Below the pieces are notes generated by a model. It saw only the letters and a list, made by a program, of their open reading frames with translations, was not told the DNA's origin and did no database searches. From the human T2T-CHM13v2.0 reference genome, Homo sapiens: DNA of 64,000 bases. The stretch lies in NCBI RefSeq assembly GCF_009914755.1, contig NC_060933.1. One strand, written 5' to 3'. Both the position numbers and the translations under genes were made by a program. The number at the start of each line of letters is the position of its first letter. Position 1 is the first letter of the stretch. Positions 17,094 through 32,905 of the stretch are shown here, in pieces.

Positions 17094-17448
17094 GGGGTTC
17101 CCCCTCAGAAACAGACAGTGCAAGGCAGGCCCACTAATGAGTCTCATGGGGCATAATTCAACCTAAAGGAAGAGAGTCAAGAGACACAATGACAATAGGA
17201 CAGAAACACAGTTGAAAGGCAATTTTGAATAAAGCACAGTATCTGTCTCTAAAGTTATCCTCCAGGCCAGCCAAGCGCCACCGGCTCAGCCCTGGATCTT
17301 AGAAAAAGTATCAGTGATGTGTAAAAAAGTAAAAGAGCCCCTTCTGGCTAAGATGCCATTATAAGTTTGCAGTCTAAGCCACCTTTCCCCATCATATGTT
17401 GTTCCAAACAAATAGCACTGATAAATCACATTTTTAAAAAGAAAATCC

Positions 17449-17849
<401 letters not shown>

Positions 17850-20602
17850 TCAGAGGCAGACAGGAATTCAAAGAAAACCCCCACTCCTTTATGCTCCACA
17901 AGGGACCTGAGATGGTCTCTCTTGAAATCAACAGCTATGGTAGGACTCCCTTGCAATGACAAGAGGCTTTAAAAAGCCATACAGCGCTGAGTTGGGCTAT
18001 GTTCTATATAACACAGCTTCATAACCAAGAAGGATAAGGGAAGCTGAGGCAAATACAACCTCCTAGTCATGATCTGAGCCAACCTACTTCCTGGCTCAAC
18101 AACTGTGTGAAGAGTTTACATAGCAGATTTGAGGCTCCCAACTTAGAAGGACCTACTTCCAAGGTTGGCCCTTGGCTGGCATCTGGGAATTTGGCACTCA
18201 GATCACGCCCTAATAACAAGGGCAGCTAACTGTACCTGGAGTGTTTGTCCAAAAATGTGATTTGTGGTTAATGTCTGTTTCCCTTCTGGGAGTCTGGAAT
18301 TTGGGTATGTGCTAACCAGAAGGTGCCTTCATGATCAGCCTTCCTAAAAATGTTTTGAACTCTGATCCTCTAGCAGGCTCTCCTGGGCAGAAATATGATA
18401 CACATATTTCTAGTTTTTGCTGCTGGAAGAAAAAAAAAAAAAACCCACTCATGTAGTGTGTTTCCTCATTGGAGGAAAAGTGTACGAGGAAGTCTGCAGG
18501 CATTTCTCCAGAATCTACCTGTGTCTTTTTCCCATGGTGATCCCGTTGTATTTTCACTATAATAAACCTTAGTCATGAGTCCCAACTATATGCTGAGTTG
18601 CATAAGTGCCACTGAAGAACCTCCGAATGTGTGTGACCTTGAGGGTCTTTAAAACTGTAGTGGCTATGGGATTTATTAGAACAACTCCAACTAGAATACG
18701 GCTACAGTGTGATTTTGGAGAAAAGGGCAGAAAATGATGGAATGTTGGTGCTTGGGTGATTATGCCATTACCCATGGGACAAAACTGCAGCTGAGCTGCT
18801 ATCTTTTGTGAGAGGTAAAAGGAATTTGAAAATGATAGATTCAACCCCAGGAGAGTTGGCTCATTGGATCCACTGGCTTCTTTTGGCCACACTAACTAAA
18901 ATGAAGAAAATAGAAGAGTCCCCACGGTGACTTTGTTTCTTGTGGTCTCTTCCAAGGGAAAGTAAAAACGGCCCAAGTTGTCCCTAAGATGGGCTCTGAA
19001 TGGGTCAAAGACAATAAAATTAATTGATTAGTTGCTCTCTCCTCCAAGAAAAAAAAAAAAGGGAGAGAATCACTGAAGCCCTTTCTCAAGCCTAAACTGC
19101 AGCACCCCCTACATCTTGTATTCTAGCTGGAATCTCCTAGTCACTGTGATTTTTATCCTATAAATGCTGAATTCACTGCAAAAGCTTGGAGTAAAACTTG
19201 CCATTAAAAAAAAAAAAAAAAAAAAAAAAGATGTTTTAATGGCCTTGTATCTTGCAGCTATTTCATCTATGTATGATAAAAATTGGTTTAAAAAATATCT
19301 TATGCCTCTAATTTCATAAAACCTATAGAGAGATTATCCCGATCAGGGAAAGCTGCAAAGAAAAAATATTAGTGGTACCCAATTCCCTTGCTTTTTGCCA
19401 TGCATGGGTAGGTAAATTGAAATTTAAACACTTTGAGTATCGGAAACACAACAAATCTCCATAACTGATTATTTTTGCTATGGTTTTGCCCATTGGAGCC
19501 TCTGAAAAAAGCAAGAAAAAATGAAAACAAAGGCAATCTCCAGATGGAAATATACTTTTGTAGTTTTGAAAAGCTGTTTTAGTTTGCTAATGAGCTGTTG
19601 TTGAAATGAAATGGCTGATGATTTTCCAGCCTAATCTGCATAGTTTAGAGTGGGTCAATTTGGACTCAAATCAGGTTTAAAAAAAGGGATCCTAGGAAAG
19701 CCTTGTTGCTTGGACTTTGTATGTAAATGTCTGGCCCTGCAGTGTCTTAGGTTTCCTACTACAGAAGAAAAGTTACTGGCATTTTGGGAATCATGAATTC
19801 AAGATTCTACTTGTCTGGTTCCGACTCTAAGGTGAAACCTGATACTATATACTATGTATGGGATGTTTCAGCTTTAGCACTCACTGTGTCAAACTGAAAT
19901 CAGATGAGACCTCTCTGCTCAATGAGCAGGACTTAAATTCTGGGGTGGTTGCAGATTTACAACACCCTTCAGTGGGGCTACAAACTGTAAAATCATCGCG
20001 CATGCTGGATGGCCTATATGGGTTACATACAGATGCCCATGGAAAAGGGTTTGTTCTCTTATGAAAATGTGTTACATTGAGCTGCTAGCTGGCTCTATAC
20101 TACTGGTACTAATTGCACTCATAACTTTTGGTTCCTGCCAAAAGCTATAAGTTGAGGGAGGACACATCTCTTGAGGAAGCCACCAGGGTTTCTAATATAG
20201 ATGTTTATGGTTAACAGGATTATAGTTAACTAGCTGAATTCAGAACCCCTGGAGGACATGACTGAAGCTAATTCTGCAGGTTGGTCCCTGCACCATGGAG
20301 TCCTAATAATAATGATTTTGCTGTAAAAATGCTTGGATAAGGGTAAAGAGAAAAAAGCCAATATGGCAGGCCTGAGGCTGTTATCTTTAGAAGGGCCTGC
20401 TGGCAAGATTGGTCTTTAGCTGGCATCTGTGACTTGGCACTCAAACTATTCCCTGACTAATAAGGGAGGCTCACTGTGCCTAGACTATTTATATAAACAG
20501 CATAATTTATAGTGAACACCCGCTTTTCCTGAGAGTTTGCATTTTTTGTACATTCTAAAGCAGAGGGTGCCTATGTGATCAGCTCCCAGTAAAACCCTTT
20601 GA

Positions 20603-21457
20603 TGCTATAGTAGATTAAATAGTGGTCCCTAAAATTCATGTCCAAGTTCCAACCCCCAGAACGTGTAGATGTGATTTATTTGGAAAAAGGATATCTGCAA
20701 ATGTAAGTATCTTGAGATGAGATCACCCTGGATTTAAGGTGGGCCCTAAATCTAATGACAGGTATTACTATAAGAGATAGGCAGATATTGGAAACAAAGA
20801 GAACATTATAAAGACCTTGTGAAGATGGAGGCAGTGAATGGAGTGATGTGTCAACAAGTCAATGGAAACTGAGGATTGCTGGCAGCCACCAGAAGCTAGG
20901 AGAGAGGCAAAGAATGGCTCCCCACTCAAATTCTCCACAAGTAATCAACCTCTCAATGCCTTAAATTCAGACATCTGGCCTCTGGAACTGTGAGAGAATA
21001 CATTTCTGTTGTTTTTTGCCATCAAGTTTGTGGTTATTTGTTATGGCAGCCTGATCTAGTTTGGCTCTGTATCCCCACCCAATCTTATCTCAAATTGTAA
21101 TTCTCACATGTTGAGAGAGATATCTGCTGGGAGGTGATTGGATCATGGGGGTGGTTTCCCTCATGCTATTCTCATAATAGTGAGTGAGCTCTCATGAGAT
21201 CTGATTGTTTGATAAGTACCTGACATTTCCCCTGCGTTCTCATTCCCTCTCTCTCTCTCTCTCTCTCTCCTGCCACCTTGTGAAGAAGGTATTTGCTTCT
21301 CCTTTGCCTTCCACCATGATTGTAAGTTTCCTGAGACCTCCCCAGCCAAGCGAAACTGTGAGTCAAACCTTTTTTATTTATAAATTACCCAGTTTCGGGT
21401 AGTATCTATATAGCAGTGTGAAAACGGACTAATACACAGCCCTAGGAATCTCATACA
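20603..21457 (+). mobile_element. MLT1 (B/C-like) LTR split by an MSTA
   Basis: MLT1 motifs (ccaccagaagctaggagagaggc, gaactgtgagagaatacatttctgttg); 3' end resumes at 21437. Confidence 0.82.
21052..21436 (+). mobile_element. MSTA solo LTR
   Basis: tttggctctgtatcccc...ggactaataca; TSD CAGCC at 21047-21051 and 21437-21441. Confidence 0.88.
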
Positions 21458-23209
21458 AACACTGAGTCTCTAAAGGACTTCCCTGGGCAGAAATATTGCC
21501 ACATCTTTCTGCATTTTTTTTACTGCTGGAGAAAGAAACATGCTATGTGTGTCTCCTCGTGGAATAAGAGGGTATAAAACGGTCCGTGCATGAATTGCTC
21601 CAGACTTTTCCTGTTTCTTTGGCCCTTGCTCATCGTGTCATCTATTCTCTGGCAGTAATACACCTTAGCCATGAGTACAACTATATGCTGAGTCCCATGA
21701 GGCTTTCTAAAAAATCACCAAATGTGTGGGTGGGCCTTGAGGACCCCCCAGAAAGACAGCATTTGTAACATCCTTCATAGCACAATAGAACATGAGCTCT
21801 AAGTCATCAATATGAGCCCTGATGGTGAACAGGAGACCCAAACTACTCAATGAAGGAAACCATAAAAATCTCTATTCAGGGTGGGGCTAGTACAGAGAAA
21901 AATAAAAAATACTAACTCAAGTTAAGCCTGTACATAAAGTTCCAACATACTTGAGAAAGTTAATGCTAAGACAGAGAACCTAGAAAATCAACAATAGGCT
22001 ATTAACTCCTTCCCCAGCCCCCACAATGACAGTAATAGAGCAATTATAAAATAATCCTAAAATAATATTTTACATTCTTGAAGATATAAAGGAAAGAATA
22101 AATTCATTAAGAACAAGACATTATGAAACAGAAACAGGCAGAAATGAAACAAATGTATATATAAAAAAGGACCAATCAGAAATGCTAAAGGAAACAGGGT
22201 TACAGAAATTAAAAGTTCAGATAAAATAAATGTCAAAGACAAATATGGTGAATTGCAAAACAGAACACAAAGGAAATCAACTCAAATGCTGCACAGTAAA
22301 ACAAAGATATCAAAAATATGAGTGAGAAGACATGTGGCATCAATTAAGAGGATCCAACATTTATCTAAATAATCAAATGAGAGCTCAAGAAGGATAAAGG
22401 AAATGGCAGCAGAATCACATTCGCAGATTAAAAGTCTGAGAGTTGAATTAATACACCTACATTAATACATCTAGTGACAATAGAAAACATGAAGGATGAA
22501 TTAAGAAAATCTTTAAACACTACCGGAAAAAAAAAAGTGATCCACAAAGTAATGACAACTGGCCTGAAAGTAGAAGTCTAATCAGTAACAATCGATGACT
22601 AGGGTATACAATAGAAGACTAATATATACAATGACTGAGGTAGTTTCCACACAGTTTCTTGCATTAAAACTACTAAAGAAAGTACTTCAATGAAAAGAAA
22701 AGGGAGCCCAGAGGGAAGAAGGGGATGAAAGAAATACGGTGTGCACAGAAATTAATAAGTTGTTAAAATTAGTTTTAACTATTAAAAATAATAAATTTTG
22801 TGTTAAAGTGACACTAAAACTCTAGACAATAAGAAGGAAGAAGTGAGGATTATTCAATAGGTATATGAAGTATGCTAAAGTTCTTATATTATTAAGGAGC
22901 AGAAAAGCAACATTGAATGATTTTATATTTTGTTTAAAATCTTTATAATTAAGTAGGTGTGTTAAATATTTCAGAAAAATATACCATAAAATATATTTTA
23001 CAAATAATACAAATGTATATTTAATGCATATACATGAACTAAGTGTTTAATATACTTTCAATACACATACATGTATTGTGAGTTTAATATATATTAAATA
23101 CATATATAATAAAACCTGTAGCTTCTAACCCAGCAAAGGAAACCAAAAAAAAATAATGAAAATATTATTGATATAAACAAGGCATAAAAGTAAAATAAAA
23201 TTATTAATA

Positions 23210-23335
23210 GCCAGACACAGTGGCTTGTGCCTGCAATCCCAGCTACTCGGGAGACTGAGGAGGGAGTATCACTTGAGGCTAGGAGTTAAAGACCAGCCTG
23301 GGCAACATGGTGAGACCTTGTCTCTAAAAAACAAT
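23210..23335 (+). mobile_element. FLAM (monomeric Alu)
   Basis: Single ~125-bp Alu left monomer with an A tail. Confidence 0.85.
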
Positions 23336-24375
23336 AATGGTCAATTAAAATATTGATTTAAAAGACTGTAAGAAGACAGTAGAAACAACTCCAAATGTAT
23401 CAGTAATATCAAAAATAGATGAAAACAAGTTAAAATAACCAGTTAAAAACAAATATCCTTGATTTTTATTTTTTAAGGAAAATGAGATGGGAAATGATAT
23501 TAGATAAAATAGAATTTAAAGATAAGATTATTAACATATACCAAGCAAAACATTACATAATAATAAAACTTCACCATGAAGATGAAAATCATGACATAAT
23601 GTACCCAAGAGTGTATTGCTAAATACAGTACAATAAATAACAAAATTGCAAGAAAAATTGGCAATGTGGGTTATAAAGTATCCACTATAGAAATTTATAT
23701 AATATGTAGAACTTATATATCATATAGAACATTTCTTAAATGTAATTAACAAGTTTCTTCTAAGAATGATACATAGAATTCCACACCCAATAATTAATAA
23801 TAACACATTCATTTTCAGCACACATAAAAATTCACTATGTACCCATTTACAAAGAAATTCTCAATAAATCTTAAGGAAGCAATATCTTACTACATTCCTT
23901 CACCACAATACAATTTTTTAAGTTTTTTTTTAAATAACTGATGTATTTTGAGAAATGTAAAAAGAACACATATAAACAACTTATAGGTTAAAGGGTGTGA
24001 TTCTCAAACGTTTAAAATTAAATTATCATGAAAGAACCATGTATCAAGATTTATATACTTTGGCTAAAGTAGTACTTATAGGTAAATTTGTAGCCTCAAA
24101 TTAACTGTCTGCAAAAGGAGTTACTAAAATTAAATTAATTAAACATTAAACTCAATAAGCTAGAAAATGAACAACAGATAAAGCTAAATAAAGTATTACT
24201 TGAAAATACTAATAAAATAGACAAACTAATAGTAAGACTGATCACCAAAATAAGCAGAAACCAAACAAAAAACTGTATAGGTAGAATAAATCAATAATAT
24301 TAGGACCAAAAAGGAACATAACTAAAAATATAGATTTCTTAAAGCATTCAGTAAATACTGCAAACAATTTTATCA

Positions 24376-25141
24376 TGAATGGCGCAGGTCAGAGATAACC
24401 AGGTCCCCACATATTTGTGTCTTTCCACGATGTCAGATTTTTATTAATGCTGTCTCAATCATAAAAGCCATGAGCTACATGGAGTTTCCAAGGAGGCCAT
24501 TCTTCTTAGTAAACTTTCCATTCATTCAGCAGTTAGAGCCATGGGCACACAGGCTCAAGCCACTCAACTAATCAGTCAACATGGCAAACCATATATAATA
24601 GTTACCTATCAGTTATCTACTGCTGCAATAATGCCGCATAATGAACAACCGCAAAATCCAATATATATATTTAATCAATATATAAATGTTATAGATTAAA
24701 CATTCCACAACAAAGTAACATTTAACATTAAAAGAAAGGGGATAGGAAAAAATGGTTAATGAAGCATCCCAGGGAGAGGGATGTAAACAAAACAAAATAA
24801 AAAAACTGTCCTGGTCTGGCTCAAGTTGTCTGTTTTCCTTGCAAGGAAGAGTCTTTGGTGTGGGCACAGCCTTCGTAGGCAGATGCTGGGTGTTATCACG
24901 AGCGACAGCCTGTTAAGACAGCCATTAAAAGCTGTTGTAGTCCTGCTCTTTTCATGGCCAGAGTCCTCTGGGGTGAAGACTAATAGTGGAAGAGTGTGCT
25001 TGGTTATGTTCTTAATCTGGTTGGAGGCAGTCTTCATTGATCACACAAAACATCTGGTCCCTGTTGGCAAAGTGCCTTATGAAGTGTAAGAGACAGTCTT
25101 TTTCTAAGATGGGGTTACTTATGTCAAGGGTGCTCTATACA
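24376..25141 (-). mobile_element. ERV solo LTR, subfamily uncertain
   Basis: Minus strand reads tgtatagagcaccc...ccatcttag to ...cgccattca, with AATAAA near the 3' end; L1 sequence resumes on both sides. Confidence 0.65.
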
Positions 25142-25812
25142 AACTTTATGTCAATAAATTCTCTCAACAGTATATAAATTATAAAAATTTACTCTAGAAG
25201 AAGCTGAAAAGCTGAAGAAACCAATAGCCATTAAAAGAATAGAATCATGAGTCAAAAAATCACCTCCCCTTCTCAAATAATAAGCTCAAATTGCTTTGCA
25301 GACGAATGTGACAAAACTTTTACGTTACAGATTATCCCTACTTAATGCAAGCTGTTTCAGAAAATAGTAAAAAAGGTAAATTTCTCAAACTATTTTTATT
25401 AGGCTAAACAACTTGATACAAAAACCAGACAAGAATAGGACAAGTATTGACAAAGCTTACTTATAAAAATAGATGCAAAAAACTAAAATATTAGTAATCC
25501 TGTTATGGGTTGAAATGTGTTCCCCCAAAAGAGATGTGAAGTCCTAACCCCAGTTCCTCAGAATGTGAACTTATTAGGAAATAAGAGTGTTGCAGATGTA
25601 ATTAGTTAAAATGAAGTCATTCTAGAGCAAGATGGGTCCTTAATCCAATACGACTAGTGTCCTTATACGATCATGAAGACAGAAGGAGAAAACACCCTAT
25701 GACGATGGAGTCAGAGGCTGGAGGCAATGTCAATGATTGCCAGCAACACCAGAAACTAAGAGAAAGGAATAGAATAGACTCTCCTCTAAAACCTTCAAGA
25801 AAACACAGTGTT

Positions 25813-27139
<1,327 letters not shown>

Positions 27140-27563
27140 CTAACACCTTGATTTCAAATGTCTAGCTTCCAAAATGTGAGATGATAACATTCTACTGTTT
27201 TAAGCCACCTAATTATTTCATGGTACTTTGAAGCAGCAGCACTAGGAAACAGGTACAAATGACAAAGTGAAAAATAATTTGGAAACTCTATGTGATAAGA
27301 ATATAGAACGATGTATGTCATAGGATTCTCTATATTTTTATTTTTGAGGTAGTTCATAATGTTTTTTAAAAACGAGATCCCTAGATGACACAGCAATGAG
27401 AGTACAAGGCAGCAGTGTTTGGGAGACTGAAGCATATGTTTCCTAGTTGGGGTGACTGTAGGAACTCAGAAACAGTAACCTGAGCTATGAGCCAGACCCA
27501 CAATATGTGGAATGAGAGAAACAAATGTGGATCTGATTCAAAGGGATTCATGGCATAGGCAGG

Positions 27564-28015
27564 TATATCAGTTATCTATTGCCTCAATAATGCTGCATAA
27601 CAAACAACGACAAAATCCAGTGGCTTAAAATGATTAGCATTTATTTCACTCAATAGTCTGTGGGTTGACTGAATAGTTCTGCTGGTCTGGGCCAGACTTG
27701 GCTGATCTTAGCTGGGCTCACTCAAGCAATATTCATTCTGTGGTCTGAGGGGACCCCAGAATGGCCTCAGCTGAGATGAATTGCCTTTGTCCCTCAAGGT
27801 CTCTAATCCTCCAGGAGACTAGTCTGGCCATATTCTCATGGCAAAGGCAGAAGAACAAGAAACAAAAGCATTCAAGTGTTTTTGCAAGCCCCATTGGTCA
27901 AAGCAAACACTGGGCTAAGTCCCTCCAGAGTCAGAGCGGGAGTTGCCTACAGTGTTACAGGGCAAAGGGCAGAGAGGCCATGAAATGGTGTCATCAATGT
28001 AATCAATCTTCCACA
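27564..28015 (-). mobile_element. Old MLT1 LTR
   Basis: tatcagttatctattgc...cataacaaac...cagtggcttaaaa terminus; ends aatcaatcttccaca. Confidence 0.75.
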
Positions 28016-28873
28016 ACAGCTTCCATGATATTAAAATTAGACAACCAGAACAGGAAAGGAGAAAAACTGCTAGGCACAATGTGATGAGTTGAAAAACAAA
28101 TCTTAATCATGACCACCTGGAGATACCTGTGGGAACTTCCTGAACGAGTAGGGAGAAATATAGAGATAAGATGCCCACAGAATAGGGGGTAGAGGGGTTG
28201 CTGGGGGTGGGCAGAATTAGAGCAATACTCATCTCTATTATTGTGACCCTTTTTTTACCCTATCCAGACAACTCTAGTGAGTCACTAGTGATACCAGGGA
28301 CAGTTTTACTGTTGAGTTCTACAAAACTGGTGGCATACAAATCTCCCCTCCCAGTGTTGGGTCACAGTATTTCCCAAAGGTACCCAGGAAAATCAGCATT
28401 TGCAGCTATGACCACTGCCCATGCTTCCAGGCTAAGGCTGATACACATTCTGAGTAAAAAGGTTAAACACAACCATCTGGTGCTTTCATTTCTTCCCCTT
28501 TTGGCCACTACCATGGCTCTTCTGCCAAGTGTCCAAAAAACACAGCACACAGAGATAGTATCCTGCAAAACACTCCAGTGAAAAGCTTATCTGACAGTTC
28601 ATCTAAAACAATGGTGACAAAGTAATATCAAATTCAGAGTGCCAGGAAGCCTGCTTCCCTACCTGCAAGGGGATATGGGTGACCATTGTTATTTAATTAA
28701 TGACAATATTCAAAATAACTCACTCTGTCTCCAGGAAACCCCTGTGAGAAATTTCTCCATCCAAAATGTGCTTCCCTTACGGGAAAGAAAGCTAACTTCT
28801 TGCTCTCAGATCCGTAACTTGACCTACTGGAATTCTAGGTGAGAGACTTATTGTAATTAAGAAGCAGTATCAG

Positions 28874-29190
<317 letters not shown>

Positions 29191-29929
29191 TTATAGAAGA
29201 AAAATACTCTAAAACAATCTTATTTAGTTATGGAATTTCCAGGGAATCACAGAAATGGAAATCTTATGTGAGCCTGTTGAGAACGAAAAGTGTTTATTTA
29301 GTTGCCTGTATCTGGTATTTGGTGGGGATGGTGCAGACACACAGAAACAATAGAAAGCTAATTCTGTTGATAGTGTGGACTCTCATTTAAAGATGGAGAC
29401 TAGCCCAGACTCCATTCTTGCCCCTTTGTCCTCACACATTCTGTATCTTGGAAGTGGCAGATTGATTTATGTGGTTTGAAAACTTGCATGATCATATTTG
29501 TTCTGTATCACATGTGCAGACTTCCTGGGAAAAAAGATGTGATCACTCATTTTTTTCGGTACACTAGACCTTCTCTTCATATCTCTTCTCCAAAATGCAT
29601 AAAATTAAATCACTGGTTTTCTTCCCTGTGTCTACGTCTTAGACCTGCATAGACAAAAACTGGCAAGAGATAAGGGCAACCAACATTTATTGAGCCACTA
29701 ATGTGAGTCCCGTCTTCAATGACCAGTTGGCACTAATATAACTAAAATGACAGATAAGTCACTATTATGCACGTAGTTTCTAGCTCCTCCATGGTATCTA
29801 ATCTCTGTCTCCTATAGGAATTATACTATACATTCCTGAGGACATGCATCCAATTCCATCCATCCAATGGAATAAAAGGTTTACTTACTCATATTGGCTG
29901 ACTTGCTTTGCAAACAGTATCAGATAATA

Positions 29930-31200
29930 TGAAATTTATTTTGAGGTTTAACTTACATAAAGTACATATATCTTAAATGTACAGCTCAGAGGATTTTTAC
30001 ATATGTGCGCACACATATAAAGCCACCAAGATCAAGATATAAAACATTTTCAGCATCTCAAAAGACATCCTCATGTTCCCCACCATTAATATTCCCCAGG
30101 ACTAAATATTATTCTGACTTCTATCACTTTAGGTTAGCTGTGCCTACTTTGGGGTCTTTTATACATCTTTCATGTCTCTACTTATGTTCAGTATTCCCTC
30201 TGTCTTCTTAAGTACATGGAATATGGTTATAATCACTGTTTTTATATCTTTTTATACTAATTCTATAATCTGTGTCATTTCTGAGTTTTAATTGATTGAT
30301 TTTTCTCCTCATTATGGGTTATACTTTCCAGCTTCTTTACATGCATGATAATTTTTATTAGATACCAGATATTTTAACCTTTAGGGTACTGGCTATTTTT
30401 TTCTATAAATATTCTTGAGCTTTATTCTGGGACATGGTTCAGTTACATGGAAACAGTTGAATTATTTTGGGTCTTGCTTTGAGCTTTATTAGGTGGAACC
30501 AGAGCTAGGTCTAATATTTTGCAACTACTGAGTTAGTACTCTACCCAATTCTCTGTAAATTATGAGGTTTTTATATTCGGGGTGATGGGAAAAGGAGCCA
30601 GTCTGGTCACACAGTGATCTCCAAGGATTATTCTCACTAATCTTTTTGGATGGTTCTTTCCCTTACATGCAAGCACCAATAAGTATTTGGCTGAAGTCTC
30701 AAAGGAGTCCTTCTCAAGAATCTTTGGATTTCTCTCATCTCCAGTACTTGGCCCTGAGAACTCTAACTACCTTGACTTCCTAGACTGGCAGCTTCATCTC
30801 CTGTACTAGAGAAGCTGCAGACCTTCAGCAGACCTTCATCTACATTCTTCCTCTGAGCACTGCAATCTAGAAACTCTCTCCAGGCTTCACCTACTTTCTT
30901 TCTCATCTCTCAAAGATCACTGTCTGTTGCCTGCTGTCTAGTATCTTGAAAACCACTGTTTCATATATTTTGTCTGAAATTGTTTGTTTCAGGAAGAATA
31001 AATCTGGTCCCAGGTCATCGACCTTGGTCAGAAGTAGAAGTCGTTGTTTTGCCTGTTTTTGAACTTTATTTAAATGCAATCATATTGTATGTTCTCTTTT
31101 GCATCAGACTTCATCAACTCAACATTATGCCTGATCCATCCACGTTTTTGCATGTATTAGTAGCTTGATATTGTTTGTTTTAGCTATTTATATTTCCACC
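29930..31200 (-). mobile_element. Ancient L1M fragments
   Basis: Antisense L1M 3' UTR-like ends (ttttgaggtttaacttacat...; aaatgcaatcatattgtatg) flanking another L1M-like piece. Confidence 0.55.
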
Positions 31201-32475
31201 AATAATATTTTTAAATTGTTTTAGAAATTAATAATTACCCTCAAAGTCTTTTACAAGAATGACATTAGTAAAAGCTTTCAGAAATCATGGATTTGAATCT
31301 TGAGTTTGACAATTCTTATCTCTTTGCCCTTGAACACACCCGTACAGTTATTGGCTCAAAATTAGTTCAAGTGCTTTATACTATTCTGTTTTCTAAAAAT
31401 ATAAAGTGATTTTTACTTATGGAATCACTGATTCTTGGTTTTCCTTTGTTTTCTCTACAACATAGCAAGAATGTGGCATCTACCCTGTCCAAGTAATTTC
31501 AATTCTTACAGAAGGGTTCACTGAGTGACAAGTGGAAATAAGTACTTTCTAAATACACAGTACTAGGGAACTAAGGAAAACAATGATGACATTTAGTAGC
31601 CCAGATACTACTGCTCTGTTACCATACAATTAAGGGACTTAACTTCCCCTAGAAGTAACTATGTTTTTAAAAATTCTAGATTATCAGTACCTTTTAAACT
31701 CAAAGGCATACTGAGTAGGCTCCAGCAGGTTTGTTTTCAGTGATATGATTGGGCTTCAAAGGACACCAGAAGTTTACTTTATGCATTTTCCCTTTTGGAT
31801 GTAACTTTCATCATATTAATGAAGTAAGAAATTTCATTTGTATAAAAGATGAGCATGCTCTGATAATTTGGTTATAATGACATTGAGCTCAGTAAAGATA
31901 AATACACTGCAGGAGTCTACTCTGCAAATATAAATTCAATTTCTTTCAATGCTTTGAGTTTTTATTTTTTTCTTAAGTGGCTGAACATTAATTATTCCAA
32001 TATCAGATAACAAACTTTCATCATTTTGAGGACAAACTACTGTCATATCAAATGAAAATGTTTAAGAGAATTTCATTTGAAACGATGTATTCTTTTTTTA
32101 ATTTATACACTTTATTTATTAAAATTAAGTAATTTATGATACTAAAGACATTCTAAAACATAAGTCATTGGAATCAATGTATTCTTTTAAAATAACCTAT
32201 TAGGTCTTAACTTTTCCTCTCAATGAGGATTCCTCAAGATTTCCAAAGGTACTGGTCTTCTGAAAGAGATCTCCTGCTCATCTACCACTGTCAGCTCTTT
32301 CAATCAGCAGTCAGGTCGATGAACCAGAGTTTTGTTTTTTGTTTTTGATGTGGGCTCAAAGCAAAATAAAGAAAAAGTAAACGCACTGGAGAGTGGTGGT
32401 TAATTTGGGACAAATGGAGTTAGACAGCTTCTGCTTCCTGTTAGTTAAATGGCATTGGGAATGTTATTCACCTCT

Positions 32476-32707
32476 TAGGCTAAGGTCAGGAGTTCGAGAC
32501 CAGCCTGACCAACATGGAGAAACTCCATCTCTACTGAAAATACAAAATTAGCCTGGTATGGTGGCACATGCCTGTAATCCCAATTACTCAAAGAATGAGG
32601 CAGGAGAATCACTTGAACCCAGGAGTCAGAGGTTGCAGTGAGCCCAGACCACACCATTGCATTCCAGCCTGGACAACAAGAGCGAAACTCCATCTCAAAA
32701 AATAATA
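32476..32707 (+). mobile_element. 5'-truncated AluS (Sp-like)
   Basis: gaccaacatggagaaac and caagagcgaaactcc. Confidence 0.88.
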
Positions 32708-32840
32708 AGATGCTCCTTGTTATCTCTTCTCTCTCAAAACATCCTGGTCCTCTAAGGCCTATTCTGGAGACAATCTCCTTCTAATAATAATACCTTCTAT
32801 CAGGTTTATATAGATATACTTAGATAAAAATATTGATATA

Positions 32841-32905
32841 GTGAGCCAAGATGTTGCCACTGCACTCCAGCCTGGACAACAGAGGGAGACTCCGACTGAA
32901 AAAAA
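32841..32905 (+). mobile_element. Severely 5'-truncated Alu (~60 bp)
   Basis: Alu 3' end flanked by AAAAAT(A/C)TTGATAT direct repeats. Confidence 0.8.

Larger units (their letters stand above)
18103..21760 (+). mobile_element. Degenerate ERVL-like provirus (MER68/MER77/MER21-type LTRs): 5' LTR ~18103-18658, short internal remnant, 3' LTR ~20340-21760 split by MLT1/MST
   Basis: Two homologous LTRs share ggctggcatctg...ttggcactca, cctgggcagaaatat and ccttag(t/c)catgagt..aactatatgctgagt. Subfamily uncertain. Confidence 0.65.
21800..25500 (+). mobile_element. Ancient L1M fragment (ORF1/ORF2 remnants), host to nested insertions
   Basis: A-rich L1-like sense sequence (ttaaacattaaactcaataagctagaaaatgaacaaca; atagatgcaaaaa). 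Confidence 0.7.
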
